A stretch of 64,000 nt of DNA from Octopus sinensis (Eukaryota). The position numbers and the translations under genes are program-made. The notes under the pieces were generated by a model that saw nothing but the letters and a program-made list of their open reading frames with translations, made no database searches and was not told where the DNA came from. Positions within the stretch are counted from its first letter, which is position 1. The number at the start of each line of letters is the position of its first letter. Location of the stretch: positions 180,358,001 through 180,422,000 of the forward strand of contig NC_042998.1 in the NCBI RefSeq assembly GCF_006345805.1, read 5' to 3'. Shown here in pieces: positions 14,990-29,623 of this stretch.

Positions 14990-15180
14990 AATACACAAAG
15001 TAATTTTGTGCCAATAGTAATTAGAACTCTTGGCTATATTCCTAACAATTTACCAACATACATCAACAAACTAAATATAACACCTACTAATATTTTGTCG
15101 TTACATAATTCGGCAATTCTTCTAACTACCAACATCCGTGGAAAAGTTTTCTCTCTTTATCTCTCTCTCTCTCTCTCATA
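14990..15180 (+). mobile_element. short R4/Dong-like 3' remnant
   Basis: FVPIVIRTLGYIPNNL..SAILLTTNIRGKV resembles the terminal PIVIGALG..SALLGTARILRKV pattern seen at 1800 and 9300. Confidence 0.5.
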
Positions 15181-15634
15181 CTCTTCCATTCTGCTGTCAA
15201 ATGACTTAATTGAGAGCGCCTATTATGTATCCAGTTATAATTTTAGTCCCTGTTAAAGGGATAGTGATAATAATTCTCTTTAAAATAGCTGCAAGGTCAC
15301 ACATTTGATGGTAGTAGGTTAATCCGTAAAGAGATCGGCTGGGTTTGACAAGATTTGAACACGAAACATAAAGTGTAGGAACCTAATACCTCAAGATATT
15401 AGGTTCCTACTCTTGGGTGTTTCTGGCGTTTTACCACCTTTGATCTATAGCATAGGCACGAGCCTAGAAAATTGGAAAATCAAATTAATCGACTCAGTCA
15501 CCCCAGTGTCTCACTGTTGCTATATTTTTATTAATCTCGGCAACTTGAAAGGTAATGTTGACCTACGTGGGATCTGAAAGTGCAGTGTAAAGAAATGACA
15601 CAAACACTGCAAGTTGTTTTGTCTGACGTATAAT

Positions 15635-15680
<46 letters not shown>

Positions 15681-16233
15681 GAGAACAGCAGGAACTGGAT
15701 GAGGAGGTTTGCTACATTTCAAAATTGATTTAGCTAACTGAATATTAAGAAGCATTTTCCTCTGGGAATCGAAACCGATTTAGTGTTTCTGTGTTTCACG
15801 TGTTTACTTCAGTTCTACTATGTTTATCACAAACGTAACTGATTTTAACTTACGTATTGAATATAGGTGTTTTATAGTAAGAATGTCAAGTTTATGGTTT
15901 TCTAAAGTAAACACAATAAAACTTTCAAGTAATAACTCGACAAAATATTGACATTCAAAAGCACTAACCATAATTCAGATATTATAACAGTCATTGGGCC
16001 GCCGTTTGGTCATGAAAGATCAAAAATATTCGTTAATTCGATTTCGGTTCCCAGCTGAAATTTTTCTCTGCATTGCTAAAGCTTCTGGGAAAGGCACGAA
16101 ATCCCTTACACGATAGTGATTCATACTTATGTAAAATAACATTAGAATTAATGGTCTATGAAATAATACATTTACTAACATGGTATACGCAAGTGAGACA
16201 GCATTAGATAAAAGTACTGTTCTACTTATCATA

Positions 16234-16617
16234 CACTAGCAGTATCGCCCGGCGTTGCTCGGCTTTGGTTCGACCCTTTAGAATTGGAATTTTTGAAAAG
16301 TAAAGCTTTTGCATTATGTAGCTTGTTATTCTCTTTAAGTGAATATTTTTCAAGTTGAAATACACCGAAATATGGCGACACAGCAGTCAAAAAATAGGGA
16401 TTTTCATAGAAAAAAAGCACCTTTTTTATGTAAATAATTTTTGGTGCTAACATGGTCCGATTTGAATTTTTTCTTCTACAAATGGAAGGGCAAGCCTTCT
16501 TGTATCATACATATCAATTTTGGTCGACTTGCGCTGCAGGGTCTCGGAGGAGATAGTGTTCGTTGAAGGCTACCAAACCTGCCATACACAGACAACTTCA
16601 GCTTTATATAGAGAGAT
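16234..16617 (+). mobile_element. non-autonomous Helitron/Helentron-like (Lep1/DINE-type) element
   Basis: Starts ACTAGCAGTATCGCCCGGCGTTGCTCGG and ends CAGACAACTTCAGCTTTATATAGAGAGAT, the terminal pattern I recall for this element class. Confidence 0.55.
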
Positions 16618-17595
16618 AATGTAAACTCACTGTCATTATGCCCGCTACTGCGGCATTTGTCCAGAGCATTTGACCTGTTATGGACATACTGTGTTATAAA
16701 CAATAAATATCGGAGACAGATGAATTTTCGACCCCAGCAGCGGCCAGCGATTGCATCGAGTGCATTTCAGCCACATATGTACTCTTCCAATGGCGCGTAC
16801 TCGTAGCAGGCCACAATCCCGGAGATGAGTTCGTCATGCAGATATACCAAGCAGTGAATGAAACATTCACTGATTTTTAACATAGCACGTCCATAAGTAA
16901 TGTTATCTTACAGCAAATATCACAATAACTAGTCTATCAAAAGTGTATATCCATTTAAGTTTGGTTATCTTAATTTAATCCTCCTCAATTTCGTAGCCGT
17001 TTTTTTTCCATGCGGTCAGTTATCTGGAACAGAAGTAAAAGTTTTATTCAATCCCTACGAGTACCTGTCCAAAGATATGACTGGCTGCGAGTACGCGTCA
17101 TTGAAAGAGCCCTAAGGTGAAATGCATCTGGCGTTGCTACTGACTGCTGCAGGGGCCAGTTCTTGTTACCCTCCGATATATAATGTGTTTTCATCACAGC
17201 ACATTTATAGAAGATGTTATCTAAGGACAAATGACGCAGTAAGTCGTCTATCAACAGTGTATGCGCATTAAGTATGTACAGATAGCTATTTCAATTCATG
17301 AACAATATATAGAGATTTGACAGAGATTATGACACTACACAATCAAACATAGTTTGAAACTACCTGTCAGGAATTTTTAACTGTTTCCCAGCTATATATT
17401 TCCCCACAACAGAGCACGTTATCACAGGTGCATATATTTGTATGTATGTGTATATATATATACACACATACATACATAAGGCGGTGCCCCAGCATAACTG
17501 TGGTGGTCCAGCATACCCGCGGCCAAATGACTGAAACAAATAAAAATAAAATTATATATATATATACCTGTGCGTGTGCTTGTGTGTGTGTATGT

Positions 17596-17903
17596 GGAGG
17601 CGCAATGGCCCAGTGGTTAGGGCAGCGGACTCGGGGTCATAGGATAGCGGTTTCGATTCCCAGACCGGGCATTGTGAGTGTTCATTGAGCGAAAACACCT
17701 AAAGCTCCAAGAGGATCCGGAAGGGGGGAGTGGCGATCCCTGCTGTACTCATTTGCCGCAACTTTCTCTCACTCTTTCTTCTGTTGACCTGTTCGCTTAG
17801 CCAGTGGGGTGGCGTTATTTGAAGGCTAAAACAATAAGAAGCACATTGTGACCAGCGATGTGTAGCAACAGTTGATGGCCTGGTCGGTCACGTGATCACG
17901 TGA
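17596..17903 (+). mobile_element. tRNA-derived SINE, type B, tail variant 1
   Basis: GGCGCAATGGCCCAGTGGTTAGGGCAGCGGACTC..GGTTTCGATTCCC head; the same tail is inverted at 24825-24940. Confidence 0.85.
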
Positions 17904-17924
17904 TATATATATATATATATATAT

Positions 17925-18235
17925 GTTGCTTCCCAGACATGGTTTCGAGTTGTATTCCACAGCGTGACACCTTCGGCAAGTGTCCTCCTCTATAGCCTAG
18001 GGATGAACAAAGCCACGTGAGTAGATTTGGTAGAGAGAAACTGAACGAAGCCTGTCGTATGTGTGTGTGTGTTTGTATCTGTGTTTATGCCCACCGCCAC
18101 TTCACAACCAGCGTTAATGTGGTTACCTCTCCGTAACTTAGCAGTTCGGTAATCTTGAACCCACGTACTAGGTTTAAAATATATGTGCTGGAGTCGAGTC
18201 ATTCGACAAAAGTTCTTCAAGACAGTGCTCCGGTA
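17925..18235 (+). mobile_element. type C SINE with internal microsatellite, decayed
   Basis: Similar to 54767-55165. Confidence 0.7.
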
Positions 18236-18924
18236 AAAGATAATAGATAAAAGATATACACTCACATACATACATCTCTAGATAAGCACACTTGCTATCT
18301 AGAATTTATTTGAAGATAAACTTCCGATAACTGAAACACTTTTGTCCATTTTTCTAATATCGGTTTTATTTTATGTGCTGAAAATATCACAGTAATGTTA
18401 CTGTCCTGTCTTCCAGCTTAACAGTCCAATATAAATATATATAAAATAAACTGACATGAAAATGTCGTTTCGTTTCTTTCATAGCTCTTTATAGGCCGTC
18501 AACAAAACAATAATAGCTTTAGATAAGAACGGACATTATCGCACAGCCATTCCTTTTGTTTTCTCCAATAACTATTGCCGTTCCTTTTTCATCTAGTTGG
18601 TGTACGGGAAGTGGACACAGCTAGTTTATATAAGAAAATAAATGGTTAGTTTAGTTAATTTTCAGTTTCATAAACTATAGGTCTGTAAAAAATATTTTCA
18701 CAAAATAATTCTTAATGCAGGAAGGGAGAAAATTTGATACTTAACATTAATTTATTTACATACTTTTGAATGTTGATTCTTTTCCTTTTATATATTGGTA
18801 AAATGTATCATATGTTTTTATCTGGATGGAGTATCTACCAAAAAGTCACTTGTTCACGTACTGTTAGAGGCACTGCATTGTGTGTCCAAAATGATTGCGC
18901 TCCACCTGTTAGTAAAAAGATAGA

Positions 18925-19130
18925 TCAAGGTGAAACGTATCAAACGTCGGTCAAAATGCTTCACGGCATTTCATCTACCTTTATGTGAGATCAAATTCCG
19001 CTGAAGTCGACTTTGCCTTTCATCCTTTCGGGGTCATAAACTAAGTAGCAATTCAACACTGTAGTCGATGTAATCGACCTACTTACTCCCTCGAAATTGC
19101 TGGCCTCGTGCCAAAATTTGAAATCAATAT
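18925..19130 (+). mobile_element. type A SINE, decayed
   Basis: TCAAATTCCGCTGAAGTCGACTTTGCCTTTCATCCTTTCGGGGTC core. Confidence 0.75.
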
Positions 19131-19859
19131 TTAGCTTATGACAAAAAATATTTTAACCATAATCGTCATATCTTTTATTCATACACAGTGTAATGTATAA
19201 GTCATTTATATCATGTGTCCTTCCTTTTAAACATAGCATGCGTGATTTAATAGACAATTGTCTGGTATTTCTTCATACATGCTGCGTGAACACAATTATT
19301 ATTAAAGACTGAAATCCAAATCGTTATTATTGCATGTCATTTTCAGAGCCGATCAGATTTCTACTTAGACATGTTTAATAATATATAATGACTATATTCC
19401 TTCGAAATAGCAACAAAATTAGTAATCATCCCACCTCTATCAATACCTACACATATAGAGACAACACCATTCATTTTGAACTTCTAACATAACATTATTC
19501 TCAGGAGATTGATAAAGAATGTTACAGAACAACTTCCTTATGAAGGCAATTATCATTTAATGATCTATACAACACTATTCAAATCTAGAGGATGTATTAA
19601 GAACATGGAAATCTCTTTAGATTTTAAACCCATTTCTTATGCTGAGTAATATTTGTAGTCATGAGCAGGTTAATATACAAGTTATATAACATAAATTTCA
19701 AATCCATTATACGTGTCGTTTACTGCATATAACTGATTTATGGGGGCAGATATCGGCATAGGCCTCTCATTCTCTATTCTGACACTCTTTTATCATTCAT
19801 CTTTCTTCCTCTCACTCCTTTTGAAATATATCTATACACACACACACACACACACACAC

Positions 19860-19902
<43 letters not shown>

Positions 19903-19948
19903 CATATATATATATACATATACATATATATATACATATATATTTATA

Positions 19949-20006
<58 letters not shown>

Positions 20007-20282
20007 GTAATACACTCACGTATACATAACTATGCATGTATAAAAACACACCCCTGCATACACACACATATATAGAGAGATAATGATACATACGTATTTA
20101 CATACGTACATGCATACATATATGCATACATACACACATACATAAAGATACATATTTTAATACTTTTATATATTTACATGTATGTACATAAATGTTTTTG
20201 TAAATATGTAGATACGTATGTAGATAGATGGTTGGATGGAAATATCATATCGGATTATAAGCAATGCATGTACGGATATTTG

Positions 20283-20357
<75 letters not shown>

Positions 20358-22002
20358 GCATGTATGTATATATATATATATGTGTGTATATATGTATATA
20401 TATATATATATACACGCATATATATATATATATATACACAGAGACAGATGTAGTTATGTATATTAATATTCATATTGATATTTATATATGAATGAATGTG
20501 TGCTTGTGCTAGTGTTTGTGCGTGTGTGTGTGCATCTGTGTGTGTGGGTGTGCGTGTGTATGTGTGTGCATCTATGTGTGTGTGTCTGCATTTAGTCCGA
20601 TTCTACATTTGACATGGAAAGTGACTAATATTTTTCTCGTGGATCATTGATGACAAGTTTCAATCAGCCTCCATAAATTTCATAAAACATTTCCAGTATC
20701 CATTCGGAGGAAAAAGAAACCAAATCAATGAAAATCAAGATTGGATTTTGTAGCCTCATTAATCATTCATGCAAGGATTCTTCGTAAATGTTTCCACATT
20801 TCCAAAAATTTTATTTGCTGTTCTTCAGTCTTATTATTATTGACGCATTGTTCATTTAGAAATGACTTTCTCTCTGTCGCTTGCACATTTTCAGTCGACA
20901 TCTCATTGCACAGGTGTGACTCATCTGCTACCTTTTTTGCCGTTCTAATGGTGATGTTACTATCCCAAATAAACAGAATTTTGCCTGTTTTCTCTTTTAT
21001 ATTTTTATCTTAATATTTTATGTGGTTTGTGTATGTATATTTTTATAATTCTGTGGCGCATGATATTTTCATTCGCGTATTCAACAACCTGTAACATTTT
21101 GTAGTGGTATTTTTATGTTAAAATGAAAAATCTCAGAGGGAAACTGACATTCCTTCGTGGAGAAATGTGAATTACGTGTGATGCAAAATAGATGGTTGTT
21201 CCATGGAGCATTTCAGACAAATGGTGAGTCTATAGGAAACAGCAGCGGAATTTCAAATTGGCATTGCCATACTATATAATGTGAATTATGCTGTTTAGAT
21301 ATTTGGTTACACAGCAGTGAGCAGTATGAGTTGTGTTGGGAGGTGATTTGGCATTTACGTGTATAAGTGAAGGTATGAAGAAAGCATTGGGCGTGATAAG
21401 AAACTCTCTTAGGAATTCGATTTGGAAGTGTAATTATACAAGAAATCACTGGTGCCTGAAAGTTAAAGTTGCCGAATAAACATTCTGCTACGAATGCTAC
21501 TTTCTTGGAAATTTATCCGTTTAAAGCCAGTTTAGACGTCTGGAAATTAAAATAAATATAAATTATGCATTTCCCATCATAATGCCAACTTCCATTCGGT
21601 ATCATTAAAAAATACATAACAATTTAAAACTACAGAAAAAGAAATATAAAACTGTATGTTTGAAACCTAATTTACAAAGTAATAGAGTTCCGGAAAGATG
21701 AATTATTTCTTATATATTTTTTTCGGATATTTTTCCCGTGAAGAATATAATATATGTACGCATTTTAGGAATTAGCTGTTTGACATCAATATAACATACG
21801 TTTACATCAACCCACACTCATCAACGTGTTTATAACATATATGGAAACAAAAACGGTAATATTTTATAGATTTAAGGACATATTTATATGCATGAAGTTA
21901 GAGTGAATTCGATAGCTGCAATAAGATATTTGTAAACGGAATTTTATTTTATAGAGTGATTCACTATTTTTCTCTCTCTTTTCTCCCTCTCCTTCTCTCT
22001 TT

Positions 22003-22039
<37 letters not shown>

Positions 22040-22247
22040 CTCACTTTCTCTCGTCCTCTGCCTCTGAGAACAAACAAACTGAAATTATTGTTGATCAAAT
22101 GTACATGGTCACTGTGAACTTATTAAAAAGTTTAATTTTGATATATCTAAAAGAAGATAAGAAAGAATACCTGAACTTCGCAATTAATTTAAGCCTGTTT
22201 TCAGTTATAAGTTTTAATCCCCTTTAGATAAATATTGTTGATTTCAG

Positions 22248-22301
22248 ATCTTCAGGTATTTAATATTCGTGTTTATGTTGCTATGGTTTTAATATGGCAA
22301 G
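22248..22301 (+). other. candidate 54-nt exon with in-frame ATG
   Basis: TTGATTTCAG acceptor, AAG|GTAAGC donor, open frame DLQVFNIRVYVAMVLIWQ; phase-compatible with the 12688 exon and with the 41476 acceptor. Confidence 0.25.
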
Positions 22302-22377
22302 GTAAGCAAAGAGGGACTGAAACTTGTCATTCGCCGGACTTGAATCGAACGTATATGATTGAATATATATATATACA

Positions 22378-22490
22378 TAGCTGTTTCGGAATATGACCTG
22401 AGTCTAAAGTATTTTTCCAGAGGTTGGTCAGAGGGACTGCAATTTGGTATCTACATTTCTGGAGGAAATTAGCGGGGAAGCTATCAAGGC
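22378..22490 (-). mobile_element. CR1-type LINE RT N-terminal fragment
   Basis: LDSFPANFLQKCRYQIAVPLTNLWKNTLDSGHIPKQL, lying between two TA tracts. Confidence 0.6.
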
Positions 22491-22522
22491 CTATACATAC
22501 ATATAACATATAGGTGTATATA

Positions 22523-22555
<33 letters not shown>

Positions 22556-22899
22556 ATAATATATATATAATATTATAAGAGTAAATATTCCTTAATGGTT
22601 TTTGAAAAATCCAACAATTATTTACTGGTAGATTTCGGCATGTAAATATAACCATTAACGGTAGGAACTTCTATAAAAGTTCAATATATATTTTGTATAT
22701 CAATAAAAGAGGCAGGCAACAGGTTGCTTAGCCACATACCGAAAAAATTAGAAATAGCAGTCAAAGACTGTTTATTTCTATTTTCTACAAATGAGACTCC
22801 ACATACGACATATCCCTGTAATTCACATATGCAAAATGGACCAATCTTTGGTCGAAACATCTAAGTATTATCAAAATTTATGTGTATATATTTTTTTCT

Positions 22900-24490
22900 C
22901 TAGGTTCAGCTCAGAGCTGCGGCCATGCTGATGAACCGCCGTTTTGTGTTACACTTTTATTACGACGAGCCTCGCCTAATATGTGGCACTTGGTGAAGAA
23001 TGGTGTTTGATATAGCTACTCTCGTTTGCACCTCTTGCCGTGAGGTAGGTTCATCTGGGACTCTTGACAGGAAGATGTCCAGCTTTGATTTAAAAACCGC
23101 TACATCTACTTTGTGCAAGTTCCTCAGACTCTTTGGGAGAATATCAAAAAGCTGTGGGCCCTTGAAACCCAGGCTGTTGCAGAAGCTGGTCCTGAAGCGT
23201 GATGGCATTGCTGGGATCTTTGGCACTATGCAGTGTCGTCTCGTTCTAGCATTGGTGTAGCTTACAATGTCAAAATTTGGCACAATTCCTTCCAGGATCT
23301 TCCAGACATATATTACTGCATACCTCTCCCGTCTTCTCTCCAGGGAGTAGAGTCTTAGCTGTTTCAACCTTTCCCAGTAGCTGAGCTGTTGCAAAGAGAC
23401 GATCTTCTTTGCGAAGCTTCTCTGGATTGCTTCAAGGTCCGCTGTTAATTTTACACTAGTGGGTGACCATAGCTGTGAGCAGTAATCCAGGCGGCTGAGG
23501 ACGAATGTCCGCCAGAGGACCATCATCATGGTTTCTTATCTCTGGTTCTGAATGTTCTTAGGATCCACCCAGCCAGTCGTCTGCACTTTGTCGCCATCCT
23601 GGTAATGTGCACTTGGAAAGAGGTATCATCACTCATGTCGATATCCAGGTCCCTCACAGACTTAGGCTCTGGATTGAAATTCCCTGTGGACCGGTGTATC
23701 CTGTAGTTTAATATTCAGTTTTGGATGCTGGTAGCGCAGGGCCTGGAATTTTTCAGCATTAACTGCATATTATTATCCTCAGCCCATCTGTAGATTGAGT
23801 CCAACTCCTGCTGCAGGTGTGCAACATCGCTGGGGTTCTGTATTTTCTGCAAGACTTTCGTATCGTCTGCATAGCTGGCAAGAGTGGCTATCCGGGCATT
23901 TGAGGGCATATCTGAGAGGGCCACTATAAAAAACAGTGGTCCCAAGACAGTGCCCGCTCACTATTTGTGTGTTCATAGAGGTGGCTCCATTAACCACTAC
24001 TGCCTGACTCCTATCTTTCAGGAACCACACTCCATGCAACCACACTCCAAGTTTTCCAACTATGCCGAGGTCACGCAGTTTGTGGCATATCATACCATGA
24101 TCCACCTTGTCAAAAGCTTTTGCAAAATCAAGGTAGATTACGTCCACATTTGTTTTGTTGAGTAACTGCCTCAACACCCAGTCATAATGCTGTAAGAGCT
24201 GGGTCAGGCAGCTCCTACCTGTACGAAAACCATGCTGGGTATCACTCAGCAAGTTATTTTCCTCAAGGAATGCGATTAGTTTCTTTCTGACTATCCGTTC
24301 CATGACTTTGCTGATGTGTGAAGTCGGAGAGATAGGCCTATAGTTTTTGGCATCTGCTCTACTTCCCCTTTTATGCATTGGGCATACTATTCCCTCCTTC
24401 AGCTTGCTTGGCAGTTTGCCATTCGCAAGAAAGCTCTGGAAGTGAATCTTGAGGGGTTTTGCCAGGGTATGCTTACACGCTTTGAGGAGG
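22900..24490 (-). mobile_element. CR1-clade LINE, 3' 1.6 kb (RT and C-terminus), frameshifted
   Basis: NYRPISPTSHISKVMERIV, QHGFRTGRSC, YLDFAKAFDKVDH, YADDTK, SRLDYCSQLWSP; 3' tail at 22900-22945. Confidence 0.9.
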
Positions 24491-24752
24491 ATATATATAT
24501 ATATATATTTTTCTTAATTATAGTAAATTTGACATACACCTGTTTCCAGTAGTCATTATTGATGCTACTGTTATCAGTTATTTCTGGTTATAAATAGAAA
24601 TGGCCTTGATGAAGGTACCATTAATATTTTGGGTCGTTCAATTTTTCTCAATTCTATAATGCGCTGAACTATTAAACTTATCAATATTGAACATGTACTT
24701 ACTACTGAAAGAGTTGTAAGTCAATTTACTACAATAAAAAATATGTAACGAC

Positions 24753-24803
<51 letters not shown>

Positions 24804-25437
24804 ATATATATATAATTATATATCATCGTGACCGACCAGGCTATGAGATGATGTTACACATCGCTGGTCACAATGCGCTTCGCATTGTTTTAGCCTTGAA
24901 ATGACGCCACCGACCCACCGCTGGCTAAGCGAGCAGGCCATATATATATATATATATATATATATCATTGTTTAAAAACCAGTATAAATAGAGCACAACA
25001 ACTGATTTACAGTAAAGAATAGCGTTGAACAATAACATCGGACACCACCACAATAATACGTAGAGTTCTTTTCCTATCTAAACTAAATTGTTGGTGCTGT
25101 TAGCCTGGTGTATTAACAGAGATCTTATAACATATTTTGCCCTCGGATTGATAATTCCTGATTAATAACACTGCTGAGGTCAGTATGGGGCACCGCTTTT
25201 TAGTGTGGTTGGAGTTCTTTTGGGATTGTTTCTAGTGAAGCAGCTAGTTGGGCGGAGAGGCTCTTCTTTGTACCTGCTGCTACCATATGGGATTATCTAG
25301 TAACTCAAATATAAATTTGTCCACACACATACACTCACATGTATGTTTGTGTGTGTATCTATATGTCTATGAGTGTATGTATATGTATATATGCATATAC
25401 GTAACATTTAAACATTTATCACCACTTCAATATGGAT

Positions 25438-25476
<39 letters not shown>

Positions 25477-25480
25477 TAAC

Positions 25481-25513
<33 letters not shown>

Positions 25514-25873
25514 GTACAAGCTAAACCACGCTGAGTAAAGCCGCAGAGTAAAGATTGACCTGGAACTCTGCTGTGCATGTGCACTAAATTTAGAGGAATA
25601 GTACTTATGAAACGTCCCTTTCACAATGCCGGCTGCTAACGATTCGATTCGTAATTCAGGTATATAGTGTTGATAACTCACAAATACACTCCTGAACTCG
25701 ATTGGAGGCAGGTTGTCTTCTCAGTCTATGACTCTCATGTGTTTTTATACCCACAGAAGGAGTCATCTCCTAAGTGCTATAGCAGCGAACGGGTGAACAA
25801 ACAAAACACATACATTGAGTACCTGCTGTCAATCCTTACAACACTAGCGCTGTTTGAAATTCGTTACAGAATA

Positions 25874-25934
<61 letters not shown>

Positions 25935-26743
25935 GATATACGTGTGTGTGTGTATGAAAACAAGGGAAAGTGAAAAAGAGGGTAAGTAAATAAGGAAGAA
26001 TATTTGAGACTGTATTCTCTCGCGACTCGAGAGGCAATAATCATACATACATACATACACACACACATACATACATAATATATGTAGGTATAAACATACA
26101 AGCGTCACGCATCTTACGGAAATTGAGATTATGGACATTCAAACGTAAAAAAGAAACTTCATTTCTATACTGTGAGTGAATAATCGCAAAAGCCAATCTG
26201 AAGATTTGTATTATGATGCTATTGTGATTAATGTTGCCATAGATATGCTATTTTTATTGTTGAAGTACACTTTAGAAATGATAGAAATTCTGTACGTGAT
26301 CTTTCCTCTGAACATTCCGGTACATAGCTAATTCTGTTAATTCGCTTAGTAAAACGTGGCATATAACAGAAAGTCTATATAACACGCTTTGTATATTCTG
26401 AATTGTTTGAAGGTTATGATAATTTTCCAAGTGTAACCTCGAATGACAACATGATAGATTCTCTTTTTTCCGCAGCCAAATGTGTAAGTATGAAAATAGA
26501 CGTGACTCATCATATTCAATTTAATTAATAAGTAATCACTATCTTTTGCATCCTACACATCCAGCTGGCTTATAAACACATATTAGAAGTTCATTTATTC
26601 TATTTTTAAAATCCTCATAAATTACAGTCTAAATTTTCATTTCGTTTCCTTTTGTGCTAAAAACTAGTCATTAAAAACATTGCTCTCTCTCTCTCTCTCT
26701 ATCTACTTCTCTGTCTCTCTCTCTCTGTCTCTCTATCTGTCAG

Positions 26744-26803
<60 letters not shown>

Positions 26804-26826
26804 CCTATCTATTTGTCTGTCTATCC

Positions 26827-26861
<35 letters not shown>

Positions 26862-26901
26862 ATCTATCTATCTATCTATCTATCTATTATCTATCTATCT
26901 C

Positions 26902-26997
<96 letters not shown>

Positions 26998-27544
26998 GTA
27001 TTCATCTATATATCTTTCAGTGAGTCTCTTCTCCCTATATCGCATTTTGTCACTTCTTTTGCTACTATGTATCTTTCTGTTCCTCAAAATACGCAAAAAT
27101 ACAACTTTTCTACAGAAATCTGCATTTTCTCTTTCCTTAAAATATGTACCTTTCACAGAATATTTTCCAATTTCTGCAGTGTTCTGGAGGTTCTTTCCAC
27201 CCAATTTTTGTCCTAATCAGATCTTTACCCCTCATACTTCATTACTTATCATTACTGGAACGCCGCACGAATAAGTATTTCTCCTTACAACCAGACAAAC
27301 GACGAAGCAACATACAAGTGATTATGAAGCTGTTTTAGTGCGCATTATTTTTTCCAAACGCGAAAGACATTCATCTAATAAGCACAACTGCAGTATGGAA
27401 TAAATATAATAGCTTTAAAAAGTCCTATCTCTAGAAGTAAACACTCATAGAAATATCAGTCTATTCAGATACTGGTTATTCTTTGTTTACTTCTGTTGAC
27501 GGACCTTTGTGCTTGAAATTCATACACACACATTGTGTATGTAG

Positions 27545-27990
27545 TTTGTCCGTCGATGCGACGAAGACCTAGTGATCCTGGGGTGGGGGTAGGCTTGTTT
27601 TATGAGTCCGCAGATTGCTAGTGAGGCCAATCTGCGCCCGAAAGAGTCATTGACAGTGTGGAGGGTAGCTGACCGGTCTTAAACCTTCGGTGAGTTAGGA
27701 CCTGCCTACCTACGCATACAAAGACTGAAGCCGGCTGATTCTACAAAAGAAACCACCAGAACGGTTTCACCGGAGAAGAGGGCGGTTATAGCAGGGCACT
27801 GTGGAGTGCATAGGGAAAGATGAGGCACTACAGGACATCTTGGTCATTCACTGAATCCAGTTCTGTTCCCAGTCGTCTCGATCTGGTCTTGCCACTGGTT
27901 AAGACAGTCTCGGACGAGAGAGTGATGTCGGCGATGCGCAACCCTTCCTCACTTTCAACAAAGTTTCCTCACGCAAGTCATCTTCCTTGC
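27545..27990 (-). mobile_element. RTE-clade LINE 3' end
   Basis: Minus-strand PHCQ*LFRAQIGLTSNLRTH (terminal C2H2-like motif of RTEs), followed by a short GGTCTTCGTCGCATCGACGGAC 3' tail. Confidence 0.7.
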
Positions 27991-28069
27991 TGCTTTCCAT
28001 ACACACATTACTCTACCAGCATATGCAATTTGAATGGATTTTCAGTTTATAAAATAGTTAAATCCACTT

Positions 28070-28560
28070 TTACCCCACATTGAGGATAACCTAGATGGGC
28101 TACTTATAATGAAAAGAAATATTGGTGGAATGTACCAGTGAAGAGTTCCATAAAATATAAGCACAACAAACCTGATATAATGATTTGGGATAGAGAAGAG
28201 AAACTACACAGTTGTGGAAATTAGCTACCCAGCGGATGTTAACATAAAGCACAACCTCAGTGAAAAACAGGACACCTATGCTGAACTACAGAGAAATCTG
28301 CGGTTCCTCTATCCAAACTGCAAGTTCAGGTTTATACCAGTAATTGTTGGGGTCCTGGGATATGTAACACACTGCCTAAATACCAATCTTGAAAAATAAT
28401 GCATCTCAAAACCAGAAAGGAGTAAGCTAATTCGAAAGCTACAGCTCCAATCTATCACCGGAACTGTAAAAATTTGCAAAATTTTCCAGAAACTAATCAT
28501 TTAAATATATATGAGCATGTCTAGATATGCAAATATAGGCATGAGAATACATATATAAAA
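28070..28560 (+). mobile_element. R4/Dong-like LINE 3' end (second subfamily)
   Basis: WWNVPVKSSIKYKHNKPDIMIWD and EISYPADVNI..FIPVIVGVLGYV RLE motifs. Confidence 0.75.
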
Positions 28561-29579
28561 CAAACAAATTTTGTGAATCAGAATCTGTTATAACAAATAT
28601 AAATGGAATCATGACGATGTATAGAAATATTCATGACCGAAAATTATAATATAAACACACATGCAAGATGCTCGAAGTTTGTATTGATTTTTAATATAGA
28701 CACAAAGTGACAAATCAAGGGAAGAGTGAAACTCAATTGCAATATACAACCGATGAAGTATGTCACCAAAATTATGAAAGGGAAAGTCGATGGCGGTCAC
28801 ATTCGAACACTGGACGGAAAATTATTCAATTAAATAACACACTATTCTTTTACTCTTCTGCCAATCCAATCCATATGAGGAACAATATCTCAACATGCGC
28901 TGATATTACAAACGGAAGAATAAGTTGAATAACTAGATGAGAATAAACGAAAAATATATTCCATGGAAGATATCGCGATAATATTTCAAGCTATAATATT
29001 CTATTTGTGGATCTAAAGACTTTCGAAATAAATATATCAAAACAGATTATTATTAGCGCTACCTTTGCTTTTATTTTGGAAACCAGAAAAATGTTGTAAC
29101 TATGTAGAGAACAGTGAAGTAGGTGATTTCTTTTGTAATTCTTTTTCTGGTTCATTTCAAGTGTTAGATGTTCGTAGAGGTAGTACTGAATGAACATTTT
29201 AGAGAACATTTTCTAAATATATATTTGTTTTCTCATACACTTCCCACTTCTTCAATTACAAGAGTTGGTATTTATTATTTTTATATTTACATCGAGATTT
29301 AAAGATTCTTAATTGTGGAAAGAAACCGAAGATATAATATTTCTATAATATTATACTGCTAAGGTAAGACTACTTTGCTAAAGCATTAGCACATTACAGT
29401 CCAGCTTACATCAAGCTCATGTTTGTATATGGTTAAAGTACATATAACTGTACTTTATTCCAAGGTCCCTGTGAAGCATATTGCTACTCTACATGGGAAT
29501 TCTAAAATTGCATGCACACAAGTGTGTTTCTCATGCACACAAATACATATACGCGCACGCACACTTATGAAAATAGAAG

Positions 29580-29623
<44 letters not shown>

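Noticed and set aside
17596-17670. tRNA-like sequences (also 33050-33122, 34059-34130, 47660-47726)
   Set aside because: They are SINE heads without an intact cloverleaf or acceptor stem, so not called tRNA genes.
20760-21010. ~80-codon open frame on the minus strand (..GKILFIWDSN..FLEMWKHL..)
   Set aside because: No start or splice signals and no family I can name; may be a decayed TE.
22835-22870. GACCA-ATCTT-TGGTC-GAAAC hairpin resembling hammerhead stem II
   Set aside because: The upstream core is too degenerate and no stem I was found.
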